Assembly (NCBI GenBank): GCA_002269645.1
Contig: NIVC01001245.1
Location: 62,001-126,000, forward strand
DNA: 64,000 nucleotides
Reading direction: 5' to 3'
DNA from: Macrostomum lignano
Lineage: Eukaryota
The stretch's first letter is position 1, and each line of letters starts with the position of its first letter. The notes under the pieces were generated by a model that saw only the letters and a program-made list of their open reading frames with translations, made no database searches and was not told where the DNA came from. A program made the position numbers and the translations under genes. Below, in pieces: positions 1 through 12,988 of the stretch.

Positions 1-539
1 CCCCCCTCTTTTTGTCTCTCTCTGCACTATTTTCCTGCGCTGCCCCCTCTTTCTCTGCGTCTACTTACAGTATTTTGTGTGCTCACCGACCTCCCATCCC
101 TTCCCAAACTCCCAAACGGTGACGCAAGTCGTGTGACCCCTTCTTCTCCTCGATGACTCATCGATGACTCATCCCCCTCTCTTGCGCAACCTTTTCTCAT
201 GCTATTGTTCTCCTCCCCAAATTTCTCATGCGACACCCACCCCACCTCCGCTTCTATTGTTCTCGTTTTTGATTCTTTTGTTCTCTTTACCCCCACCAAT
301 TATCACCTTTTCTCCAATGTTTGCTTTTCTATTGTTCTCGATTCTCCCCAATTATCCCCGATTTCCAATTCCTTTGTTCTCGACCCCGGCCCTATTGTTC
401 TCAATGTTTGCTTGCGCAACACTTTCGCGACCACCCGCTGCGCCAATTATCCCCCCACCCCGCCTCCGGATTGCGCAATTTCCCTTTTTATCATGTTGCT
501 ATGCCGGTCTCATGTTTCTCATCATGACTCATTCTGACG

Positions 540-960
540 TCATTCGGCCGGCAGCCAATCAGAGAGAGGGAGTCATGGAAACGACCTTGGAGCGGCGGCT
601 GGGAAGGCTATAAAAGGAGGCGGTTTTCGGCATGAGAATGCTCAACTTTTGCCCACCTTCGGGCTCCTAGTCTTTCTTTAGACTTGCCGTCAGACTGAGT
701 TCTGACCCATTCGTCTATAAGACGAATCCCTGCCGGTCCGCGGTCTGATACCGCCAAGTTATCTTCAGCTCCCCAAGTGAGCTCGCCTATTGGCCAGCGG
801 TCTGACACCGCCCAGCATCATCAGCTTCGCCTGATCTACACCAGCACCTTGTCGCTTCAGCGCATCCCCGCTTCACTGTCCGCCTGACTGCAGCCTACAG
901 CCGCCCTCGGTCACTCCGTCTCTCTCTCTCTCTCTGTGCAGCTGCCGGTAAGTTCCTGTT
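540..960 (+). promoter_or_regulatory. LTR-like Pol II promoter module (CCAAT box, TATA box, downstream splice donor), probably of a decayed retroelement
   Basis: CCAAT at 555-559, TATAAAA at 609-615, GTAAGT at 948-953; same layout on the minus strand at about 16900-17260. No coding domain recognised downstream. Confidence 0.35.
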
Positions 961-2665
961 ACTGATTTGTGCTCTAATTGCCTTTGCTTATCCGGAGTTT
1001 GCCTATTTTTCCATTGTCTGATTAGAGGGCTGAGCCAGTTGTGATACCGTACCTTTTGCTGTATTTTTACTCAATAGTGAAGCCGCCTAATTGCCTGATT
1101 ATTTGCCTAAGGGCCTAATTATTAACTATTAACTAACCTCATCATTATTCACTCTTTCACCATCATCTTTCACCACCAAAGGCTTGCTAAGCCTTTCTCC
1201 CGGGGTGGCAAAGCATAGGGAAGTTTGGGTAAGCTAATGGCCTCTCCCCGTGCAAAGCTCGCCTGTGAGTGCGTGCTGCGGGGCCGTGTGTACGTGCAGT
1301 AGAGGGATTTGCGAGTCTTGGCACAGAATGGCAGTAGGAAGGTTGCAACCCCATGCTGACGCGTCCCTTCGCCCTGAGCAATCTAAACTAGAGACAGTAC
1401 ATGTTCGCCTCATACTACTCTTAGTAATCAAAGTCGCAAGTCAGCCTCGCTCACAGCCACAAAGGATCCCCTGCTGAGAAATCCTCCAGATTGAGCCCAG
1501 AGTTCCCGATCATGCCCCAAGCAGAGTCCCTGGACCATGTGGGTCCTTGGCCCTCTGGTCACGAAGCGCTACCAAAGCTACTAATCATGTGGGCGGGACA
1601 GTCTAGTGCTGGAGGTCCGTCAGGTCATTGCCCGGTCATAGGCAGCCTACGGTCATTGCCCCCTCTAGCCAAGCGTTCGTCTCTCAATAGGAGCGGACCG
1701 GCGACAAGAGCGGTTACATCACCTAATTTAACAACAATAGCAGTAACAATAATCTAAATAAGTTCCCGTAGGATGCGCACCAGAGAGCGCTCTGAGACCT
1801 GCACTTAACCATCCCATGCCGCATCGAACAGATCGAGGAGGAAAGACATTAAAATGGCGGTTTTTATCATCCACCCTTTTGATCCTGGGCGCTAAGGAGG
1901 GAATCGTAGTCTCGAATCGCTCACCAACTAAAAGACCTTCCCTCCTATGCAAAAGTTCTCGTTTCCAGCATTGACTAGACTGTCTTTGTATGCCTCGCAT
2001 AGAGTCCCTTAACCGGCCATTGCTAGTACAGTTGGGGGTTATGTTATGGACCGTGAGTTTCGACTTGTTAGTTGGAGTTTTCACCGGGTGTACTCCTGCA
2101 CAGGTGAATGATGGCGGACGCGCCTCTGGGGAGCACTTTCAAGCAACCCGGGCCCGCTGTCAAGATAATGGGATCATGGCTGCAACGTCAGCTACCTCAC
2201 TATGCAGAGGCGGACAAATTCTAGGGGGCTAGGTCTAAAGTGGCTGTACTTTTCAGCTCCAGAGCCCAGGGGTTGCACAGGTGTTTTCATGCAGCCCGGG
2301 TTACGCCATGCTTATAGGAATAATATTTATAGACGTAATCTTGCTTGTGCTTGTGTGACTCTAGCAATTAAATTGTTCATGGGATTGAATTATTTGCCAG
2401 TTTTTGCTAGAAACTGTTTAGAAAATTAATTGCCAAGACAAAAATTTTTAGAGATTTTTCTGTTTTTCCTCACATATTTTGATTCTGAATTAGCTATTTA
2501 GCCTCATAAAAACCGCAAATAAACAGCGCATCTTCGAATTTTCCAATCCTTTGACAGTCCTTTGAGCAACGGGAACAAACCAGCCAGAGGAACCGGAACA
2601 ATGACTGTAGATTGTAAGCCTACATGTAGTCTCTTACCAAAGTTTATTCTAATAATACACTCTTC

Positions 2666-5120
2666 TTAAGTTTTCTTGAGTAGCCCCAAGTCGGGAGAAT
2701 TTTTTCTAATACCAGTCGATGAGTTCAGTTCATCACAGAGTCGTTGACGCACGGACTTAAATGTCTCAACGACGTCACCAAGTCGTCGTTTCACTTCAAG
2801 CAGCTGCTGCTTCAGTGCATCCATTTCTGTTTCCAAGTCATCCGAACAATTATGAAATTCATCTGCCACTTCCTGCGATTGTTGAAGGCGTTCAGCCGAC
2901 AGCAGCAAGAGTTGGACTGCCTGTTCTAGACTATTCTGCACCTGAAACAGTTTTGTTTTCACCTCCTGTTTTCTAGAATGTGTCTCCAAGTCCTCGACCA
3001 ACAATTCACTATCCTGTTGCATAACATCATGGTTTTCGAAATTCCCCTTGTACTTTTCGGCTTAAAAGTCTGAGCAGAAGGTCCAGAATCAGTTGCATCG
3101 AAAAGCAACCCAGCTGCTTGTCGCATCCGATTCTGCGACATATGCAACTGACGTTTATTGCGTTCCAGTTGCACTTTTAATGCAATGAGTTCCTTCTCGC
3201 ATTTCTGTCTAAGACTTTGATGTTCGCAAACCTTTCCGTAAAGTTCATTCTGAATTCGCTTCGCTTCCTTCAGCCTGTTGTCCGACTCTTCAGTATGGCG
3301 GTTGAGTCTTTCATGCAGAACGGCGACTGTATCGTTCAGTTCTTGCGCCAGAGTAGTCTTTTGAACAAGGCTCTCTGTAACTTTATTCAGATCAGCCTGC
3401 AGCTCGTGGTTTCTCTGAGCCATATTTTCATTCCTGGCTTGAAGTTGCTGAACTGCTTCTTCGCTATTATAACTGCTATTATAACTTGACTGGAGCCACC
3501 GATGCATAAAACTCAACTTTTGCTTTTCTAAGCGTTCCTGCGTCATGTCTCTGTGAAGATTTTGATGCCTAACTTCCAGCTCTGCTAAAACTGAGTCCTT
3601 ATCTTTAAGCTGGCTTTCTAGCAACATTATCGACTCTTTACTTTCGTTTAGAGATCTTGTTTGAACTTCGAATTCCGTCCGTAGCGCAGCGAACCTGTTT
3701 TCCAATGCACCAGCAACCCACCGGGCCTGCATTAATTCTGCTTGAATTCTCTTCTCCATTTTTTTTTGTTCAACAAGGGCCAACGTCTTCTCCTTGACTG
3801 CAGTCTCCAGCGACTCCTTCGTTTTCTTTGCATTGTTCAGAGCCTCCTCTTGCTTTTCAAATGCAGTCAATAAACTATTGAATTTTTTCCTCAACTCTTC
3901 AAAATTCTGCTCAGAAACTTTATTCACGTCACTGAGAGTCTGCAACTGAGATTGAAGCATTTGCTTTTCCTTTCTCAGCTTCTGTGCGGTCTGCTGTAAA
4001 CTCTGTTTGGCAGTTTCCAGTTTTTCCATAGCTTGAGTCTTACAATCCAACTCTGATTCTAATGACTTCTTGGCCTGACGGCATTGATGCAGAGCCTCCT
4101 CTTGCACCTTAAGCCGCGCGACTAAGTCCATATTCCTCTTGTTTAGGGCTTGATTACTTTTGAACAGAGTCTTCTTTTCTGTTTCTCTTTCACTGCTGAG
4201 GCCTTCGAACTCTCGCCTCCGCTGCTGCTCAGAGGCTGCCTTGGCTTCCAGTTGAGTCTTGCTGAGATTCAGTGCCTCTTGCAGTGCGTCGCACAAATGC
4301 TGAGAATCTGCCAGTTTAGCATTTGATTGCTCGGTCATGGCTTGAGCTTCCTCAGCATTTTTTTCTGCTTTCTTTAAATTGGGCCGACAAGTCAGCCAGC
4401 TGCGACTTCAGTAGCTGATTTTCCTGAGTCAATTGGTTCAGCGCTTTTTCCACGTTTTGCTTTGAAGCCTGCAGGGTGGTCACATTCCAAGTTTCGCGCT
4501 TCAACATGGATTTCAGTGAGCCGTTAGTGTGTTTCAATTTTTCAAGTTCCCTCAATTCATCTTGCATTCGATTGATGCACTGCTTCAGTTCTAAGCATTG
4601 AGCCTTCAATCCGTCTCGCTCTTGTCGAATGTGTGACAGGCATTCGTGTTCTGTTGGTTCAAGTGTCTCGGTGCCCACTTCTTTCGTTGAGGGATTTAAA
4701 ATATTGATTGGTTCGTCCGCATATGGTCTAAAGAATAAAATTGAGTGAACGTTGGCAAAGACAATAGTTTTAGACTAAACTTTTTACAGTATGTCAGTTC
4801 CAAAACGAGTCTCAAACTGGTTTGACTAATGCAAAAACTTACTCTGACTCAAATGACTCAGGTGAGGAAGCCTTTGCGCTGTGCCTGAAAAAGTAAAAAA
4901 GTACATACTCGTAATAACAACTATAATTACAGAAACTTTTTATTAACAGTACGCTGACACCACCCTTATTAACTAGTATAACCAGTAAAACTCACAAGGT
5001 GCTGCCGATGCCAGGTTCTGCTGGTGCAATCTCGCCATCGAAAATCTTGACAAGCTGAATGGATAATGAGTCAATCCTGTCTAATAATTCTGATCCACAG
5101 TTTTTACAACTGGAACTCAT
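2666..5120 (-). CDS. Coiled-coil protein, paralogue A1 (about 742 aa if two homopolymer frameshifts are corrected)
   Basis: Exons 5120-4996 (MSSSCKNCGSELLDRIDSL...), 4884-4843 and 4727-2666 join in frame through GT-AG phase-2 introns. ORFs 4352-4678, 2959-4338 and 2666-3022 are separated by +1 (T7 at 4358-4364; six bases in A2 and A4) and -1 (C4 at 3044-3047) shifts. E/K/Q/L-rich heptads. Confidence 0.75.
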
Positions 5121-6409
5121 GCTGCTCGGTGTGCCGCTTAGAAAGTTTGAACAACCAAATGCACAGAAGTTTTCTACGAGATCAGAAGAAATCCATAAGA
5201 GACACAGGAACGTTGGGTTTAAAGTATTTCTTGTATGGGTTTTCTGTTTGTGGTGTACACTCTGTCATTACTGTATTGTATGCATTGTACATACCCTTGA
5301 CAACAGTTAAAACCGCTACCCCAGACTCAGTGCGCCTTTGAGTGTATTGTTGTGCAGTGAGCTGAAGTCAATCGCTTTGCAAATTCTCTATCCTGGGTGG
5401 CTGTTCTTGGATCTTGCTAAATGTACTTTTTAATGTCTCTCTACCTTAAAGCTGCAATACTGCACTGGGCTGATACTCAAGTACAGTGCCAGTAGAATCA
5501 CACGCAGTTCCAGACTGTTCAAAACTGGGGCTACTGTATTAGGTTGCTACACTTGGGCAACCGTCCCATCGATATTCTAAACGGCCAAACGTCCGCGAAA
5601 GTTGATTTCGATTACTAATGACTATCGGAGAGACAGATTTATCTCAAATTTTCTATCGTTCATTGAGGAAAACTTGGGTAAAAAGGGCAGCAAAACTGCA
5701 TTGCCACCTGAATTTCAAGATGAGCTTAAGTGACTCAACTCAGTGGTATCTGCTTATGAGTTCGCGAAAGCGGATGAAAGAACATGAAAGCAATTATGGC
5801 GCCACATGGCGTGAAGGCAAGGCTCTAACACATCTAGGTTTGCGGGATGCATGACGCTGCTAAGGCGCCTTTGCGGGACGCCATAAGAAAACACGGAGTC
5901 TGCAACCACCCCTTTCTGAGGAGGCTCATTGACATTTCCCACTAAAAACGAGGCTGGGGTCCACACTGATGACCAGGGCTGTTTGAGCCGACCACGGACT
6001 GGCCTATAGCTGAAGATGGGACTCTGCTTGGACGTTCATCTGGAGTCTGCAACGCCAAAACGGTGCTACACTAATAGAAGTTGTATATGAGGGAAGGTGA
6101 ACTCTGGTTTGCAAATGCTCAAATGCGAGAAGGGTCCTATGCGTACATGCATATATCCAGGGGTTAAGATCGTTCTGGCCATTCGAGGGAGAGGATTAGC
6201 AAGTCATTTAGAATAAATTGAGGAAAGTAAAATAAATAAAGGATCTAACGTCTCAGGCTTTAAGCAGCTTTAATGGTATTAAAAAATACTACGGTTAATT
6301 TTTCTGCCATTGAGTAAGTAAATAAAGAGGTCAATACGGAAAGCACAGACTCAAGTCCCAAGTACTAAGCAAATTGCAAATTAGGCTTCAAAGTCTGATG
6401 CCTTGACCG

Positions 6410-7070
6410 CGATGCTGGTACTGTCCTCAGCAGGACCGATGACTCGCTGACGGCGATGCTGGTACTGTCCTCAGCAGGACCGATGACTCGCTGACGGCGA
6501 TGCTGGTAGCTCGTACTGTCCTCAGCAGGACCAATAACTCGCTGACGGCGATGCTGGTAGCTCGTACTGTCCTCAGCAGGACCAATGACTCGCTGATGGC
6601 GGTGCTGGTAGCTCGTACTGTCCTCAGCAGGACCAATGACTCGCTGACGGCGATGCTGGTAGCTCGTACTGTCCTCAGCAGGACCAATGACTCGCTGATG
6701 GCGATGCTGGTAGCTCGTACTGTCCTCAGCAGGACCAATGACTCGCTGACGGCGATGCTGGTAGCTCGTACTGTCCTCAGCAGGACCAATGACTCGTTGA
6801 CGGCGATGCTGGTAGCTCGTACTGTCCTCAGCAGGACCGATGACTCGCTGACGGCGATGCTGGTAGCTCGTACTGTCCTCAGCAGGACCAATGACTCGCT
6901 GACGGTTGTGCTGGTAGCTCGTACTGTCCTCAGCAGGACCAATGACTCGCTGACGGCGGTGCTGGTAGCTCGTACTGTCCTCAGCAGGACCGATGACTCA
7001 CTGACGGCGGTGCTGGTAGCTCGTACTGTCCTCAGCAGGACCGATGACTCACTGACGGCGGTGCTGCTAC
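6410..7070. repeat. 51-bp minisatellite (about 11 copies) preceded by two 44-bp variant units
   Basis: Unit GCTGACGGCGATGCTGGTAGCTCGTACTGTCCTCAGCAGGACCAATGACTC; 17-aa periodicity in ORFs 6500-7096 and 6427-7128. Confidence 0.95.
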
Positions 7071-8444
7071 TGTTCTCAATAGAATCGATGTCGTAGCTGA
7101 TACTGTCCCTGAAGTGGACTGGACTCAAATCGGAGCCAGGAGCTGTGGATCAAAATAAAACGTGTGAGCAAAACGGGCCCCGCCCCTCGATAAAAATCAG
7201 ACGTCTGAGGATTTTTGAGCGCGGAATCCTCAGCTAAAATATAGTCCTAAAAAGGTCGGTTACGTTCCGAACTCGAATCTCGAATGTGATTGCATCATGT
7301 GTTCCTCTGTCTAATTGGCCTCCGGTCTCCTAAAGCCCGTGATCTGCTTCTAAAAGTCTGATCATCAGATGGGTCACGCGTGGGAACTGGAGGAATTGGA
7401 GGGGGTCGGGTGAATTTGTGAAGCACACAGTGTTCCGATGGCTTTCTGCTGCATTACCAGTTGTCTAGCTATAAGAAGCTGCTTCATTCTAATTCTAAGA
7501 CCTCAGTTCTTTGGGTTATTTTGGGCCACTGCAGTTGACAGTGCTCTAATTTATGGAGGTCATTTCACAAGCCCTCAATAAGTTCGAAACCTGTATAGAT
7601 ATAGTTGTGTACAAAAATCAGCAAAATTTAAGCAGTATTTTTTCAATAAAGCCTCTACTGCTGTTTAAAACTACTGTTTGAAATATTTAACAGTGAAAAG
7701 TGACAAAAATGAGTGAAATAACATTTTCAGTGTAGGTTGATATTTTTAACTGACCGAAAATCTAGAAAATGTATTTTTAAGTGTCCTAGATTGGATGAAC
7801 ATTTAGAAAAATTCTTGTGATTTGGAACATTTTGCAATAGCGAAGTTATCAACGCCATGGTCGGAGCACAAAAGAAGAGACACGAACACCAACATGAGGG
7901 GAACGAAGCGCACAAGCGATCAAAAGAAGCCCCCTGGACTTGGGGGAGTAAAAAACGATTAAAAACAGTAAAAAAGCGATGAACAGAGTTAAGGAAAAAG
8001 CGTAGAAATACGAATAAGGACAAAAGACCACAGAGGATAAAAAGACTACGCGCAAACAGACAAGGCGAGTCAGAACAACCAGAGAAGGCCTTTTATCCAG
8101 AACTGAGGGTGGCTGGGTGCGCTCGGGGCAGAAAGACGGGTGGGGGGCAAGCAACGGAGGAGTAGAAATTAAGCTTGTGTTGTACACATGGCAAGCAGAG
8201 TGGACAGAGCAAGGAACGGAGCACAAATGGGCGGTGCCCGACCGCGGTCATTGACCACGAAAGGGGCATGCTTGTGGATAATATTGTAGAAGCTGTTATA
8301 AGGAGATTTTCACATTGGCGCTTCAATAAACAAAATCTGTTAGGAACTTTTCAAATGAGTTGAGTCGTGCCATTTTAATGGTTTTAGGAACAGGACGTAT
8401 GCAACTGTTTAGTTCAGTTCAGAGTTCAGTTCATCATATAGTCG

Positions 8445-10341
8445 TTAACGCACCGATTTGAACGTCGCAACAACGTCACCAAGTCGTCGTTTGACTTCAA
8501 GCAGCTGCTGTTTCAGTGCATCCATTTCTATTTTCAAGTTATCCGAACAATGATGGAATTCATCTGCCACTTCTTGCGATTGTTGAAAGCGTTCATCTGA
8601 CAGCAGCAAGAGTTGGACAGCCTGAACTAGATTATCCTGCACCTGAAACAGTTTCAGGTCCTATTCTCTAGAATGCGTCGCTGAGCTCTCAGCCAGCGAT
8701 TCACTATAATGTTTCATGACATCATGGTTTTCGAAGTTTTCCCGCTTAAAAATCTAAGCAGAAGGTCCAGAATCAGTTGTATCCAAAAGCAACGCAGCTG
8801 CTTGTCGCATCCGATTCTGCGCCATATGCAACTGACGTTTATTGCGTTCCAGTTGCACCTTCAATGCAACAAGTTCCTTCTCGCATTTCTGTCTAAGATT
8901 CTGATGTTCGCAAACTTTTCCGTACAGCTCATTCTGAATTCGCTTCGCTTCCTTCAGCCTGTTGTCCGACTCTTCAGCATGGCGGTTGAGTCTTTCATGC
9001 AGAGCGGCGATTGTATGATTCAGTTGTCGCTCCAGAGTAGTCTTTTGAACAAGGTCTTTACTCAACTTTTCGAATTTCTGCTCAGAAACTTTTTTCGAAT
9101 TATTGAGCATCTGCAACTGAGATTGGAGCATTTGATTTTCCTGTCTCAGCTTCCGTGTGGTCTGCTGTAAACTCCGTTTGGCAGTTTCCAGTTCTTCAAT
9201 AGATTGAGTCATACGACCCAATTCTGACTCTAACGACGTCTTGGCCTGACGAAATTGACGCAGAGCCTCCTCTTGCACCTTGAGCCGCGCAACTAAGTCC
9301 GTATTCCTCTTTTTTTCGGCTTCATTATTTTTGAGTAGAGTCTTCTTTTCTCCTTCTTTTTCCCTACTGAGGTCTTCGATGGATCGCCTCAGCTGCTGTT
9401 CAGAGGCTGCCTTGGCTTCCAGTTGAGTCTTGCTGCGATTCAGTGCCTCTTGCAGTTCATCGCACAACTGCTGCCAACGTGCCAGTTTAATATTAGATTG
9501 GTCGGCCACGGCTTGAGCTTCCTCAGCATTTCTTCTGCTCTCATCACATTGGGCCGACAAGTCAGCCAGCTGCGACTTCAGTAGCTTATTTTCCTGAGTC
9601 AATTGGTTCAGCGCTTTTTCCACGTTTTGCTTTGAAGCCTGCAGGTTGGTCACTTGCCAAACTTTGCTCTCCAACTGGGATTCCAATGAGCCGTTGATGT
9701 GCTTCACTTTTTCAAGTTCCCTCAATTCATCTTGCAATAGATTATTGCACTGCTCCATTTCTAGGCATTGAGCCTTCAATCCGTCTCGCTCTTGTCGAAT
9801 TCGTGACAGGCATTCGTGTTCTGTTGATCCAACTGTCTCGGTGGCCACTTCTTCTGTGGATGGAATTGAAATGTCGATTGGTTCCTCCTCAGATCGCCTG
9901 AGAATGAGTCGACGTTGTTAAAAGACAATCATTTTACGAGTAAAATAGTTGCGCTAATTCAGCTGCAGAATAGGCTACAAACCAGGTAGACTAATGCAAA
10001 ACCCTGGGGATATAATTGGGACGTTTCTTCGGCGAAATTGTTTGCTGGAAACGGACTAAAACAGACCAATATTCTATTGTCTCCGCCCTGCACACTTACT
10101 CAGAATTCGATGGCAATAATTTTAAGTAGTACATATTAACAGAATTAATTGCAAAACACTTCTTTTACATAAAAAAGACGCAAACTTTACTTGTAACTAG
10201 TAGAACCAGTAAAACTCACAAGGTGCCGATGCCAGGTTCTGCCGGTGCTGTCTCGCCATCAAAAAGTTTCACGAGCTGAATGGTTAATGATTCAATCCTG
10301 TCCAATAATTCTGATTCATAATTGGCACAGCTGGAATTCAT
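8445..10341 (-). pseudogene. Coiled-coil paralogue A2, truncated or decaying (421 aa to the first stop)
   Basis: Exon 1 10341-10220 (MNSSCANYESELLDRIESL...) joins exon 3 at 9897 in frame. Exon 2 is reduced to a stub near 10100-10115. A1-homologous tail continues in frame past TAG at 8754 and a second TAG, ending at TAA 8445. Internal deletion of roughly 160 codons relative to A1. Confidence 0.7.
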
Positions 10342-11029
10342 TCTACTCAATGTGTGGCTTTGAATCAAAGAACCACTGCACAAAATTTTAATGCAACTCT
10401 TTTTACAGTTTTTTCACGATGGCGATGAGACAGAAGAAGGCAAGGAGAGTTCGAGGGAGAGATAGATAGACAGGGGCACACTTGATTTGAGGTAGTTCGT
10501 GTATATGAGTTTTCTCTTTGTGTTGTTTACTCTGGATCCACTCTTAGTGTATGCACTGTACATATATACCGTCTTGTTAATTTCTCTCTACGTTATAGCG
10601 TAAATGCAGTACTGCTCTGCACTGAGTCTCGAGTACAGATACACACGTATTTAATCAGACGCAATTTCAGATCGACTGTGCATTCCATATTAAAACATTG
10701 CATTATGGAATCCACAGAATGAATTTAAATTTAATTTGAATAAATTTACTTTCTTATCAAATGGCATATTTTTATTCACAATATACTAAAATCTCTAAAA
10801 ATCTGTCTTTTAGAAACTAAATCCTAAGCTAATGCTTACAAATTGCGCTTTCTGTCCTACCTATCGATAAAGAGTTCAAAACAGAGGGTCAATGATTGTT
10901 TGGAAATGTCGTCTCTGGTTAAAGAATTCAAGTTAAGCAAACCACCACTACTACTACTACTAAAACGAAAAACGAAAAAATTAAATGCAAATGCGTGCGA
11001 CCTCCAATCTTAGAAAAAGTGAAGGAAAA

Positions 11030-11327
<298 letters not shown>

Positions 11328-11599
11328 TTTTCCTGCGTCGCTTTGCTTTAAATGGCTCGGCCACAGTCTGTACATTTAATCATAATCTGGCAATTGTAGC
11401 GCTTCATCACCTTTGCTGTATCAGGTCATCTAGCAGCGATAACAGGCACTGGCTCTCTTGTCTCAGCTAATAAAGTTCTATTCCAACCTTTGATTTAGTC
11501 TCGACAGACGCTCATGGGTCGTACTGAGCTCGATTTGCCAGCTGTTCTTCCAACGATCGGTTCGATTGCTCAACCTGTTCAAGTCTTCTCTCGACTCCT

Positions 11600-11830
11600 C
11601 TGTAAGTTGATTTTCTCTCAGCGTGCCAATAGGGACAATTTTCATAGATTCTTTTAAAGAATTTACAAAGTACATCCGAATATGCTTATTGCACTTTTCG
11701 GGCAAAATTTCATTGAAACGTCTCAGGCCGACTCCTTTAGCATTTGCGCAAGATCAGAGACAACGGCGTGCAAAAGCGATACGTATCTGAAGCTCGATGC
11801 TGTGCCTACAGTTTTTCTTAATGCGCCAAA
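11600..11830 (+). pseudogene. Degenerate THAP zinc-finger domain remnant
   Basis: KYIRICLLHF (about 11668-11697) followed, after a frameshift, by YLKLDAVPTVF (about 11784-11816); matches the THAP C..HF and AVPT motifs. N-terminal CxxxxC not recovered. Confidence 0.5.
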
Positions 11831-12988
11831 GGTCCTGTCAACGACTCGAAAACCCGCAGCAAGCGTCAGCAACATCTTCCACTCGACTCAACAGACAAGA
11901 TGCGTCTTCAGAGCGAGATTGTCCAATTTTTGTTGAAGACTCAATTGTTGATTGAATAAATTAATCAGAGAGATTCTTAATATACATGAATAAATGATCT
12001 ATTATCGAAAAAAATAGACAAAATCGAATATATTTTATTGAGAAATCGCATAAATTATTATTCACTAGTATGCATTATTTTAAAATACGCCCATATTGTA
12101 CAATCATTAAAACCAGGCTCATCCTAAAAGGGGTAAAAAATCCTGCAAGGAGTGAGTTTGTTAGGCAAGCAGTATCCCATTTTGAGACCACAAGACAACA
12201 AGTTATGGGTAGTATCGCACTGTAAACAACAATGCTCTCGTTTATGAAGGTAGCTTCAAAGCCCTTTCAATGAGTAACGAGTAGCAGAGAAGCCATAAAT
12301 TACCTATATTGTCGTGTACCGAAATGAATAGAATATATATTAGTTAAACCGCAGTGGCTGTTAGGTATAATCAGACAAAAAATAATTTACACAGTGATGG
12401 CTAAATAAAATGAGGAAAATGACATTCAAAGTGCGCGCGGCGCCGAAAATAGAGATATTTTTTATTGGTCATAGTACTTTGAATACATGTACAAATTTAG
12501 AAAATTCTTGAAAATCGGAACATTTCCACAGACTTGTAAATCTGTGATGGCAAAATCCAACTTCAATAGCATCAAACTTCGGTTGTGAAGAAGGGCTTTT
12601 CATATTAACAATTCCAGACCCAAAATATTTTCAGAACTTTTAATGACATTTTTTCTTTCTTTCAGAATGGGTTTCATAGCTGTGGTTGTTACTCTAATTT
12701 GAAAAATCAAAGATATACAGTGTAGTTATAGGATTAGGGATTTTACACCATCGTTTTAATTGTGGTTAAACTGTATTTTATTCTAACAGTCTCTTCAGCT
12801 TGTCACAAATGAATAAATTAAGATCTAATACAAGTTTTCTTATAGCTGCACCTTCACTGCAACAAGTTCTAGAATCTTTTGTTGAGTCTTTCATGCAAAT
12901 TGTAGAACGGCGATTGTATGATTCAGGTTTCGCTCCAGAGCGGCCTTGATCAAGGTCCTGCGTGACTTTATTCAGATCAGTCTGCAGC

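Noticed and set aside
1180-2230. gag/pol coding remnants downstream of the first LTR-like module
   Set aside because: No recognisable zinc-knuckle, RT or integrase motif in the frames I translated.
4352-4370. Programmed ribosomal frameshift in A1
   Set aside because: Paralogues have six bases and no shift; an indel or sequencing error is simpler.
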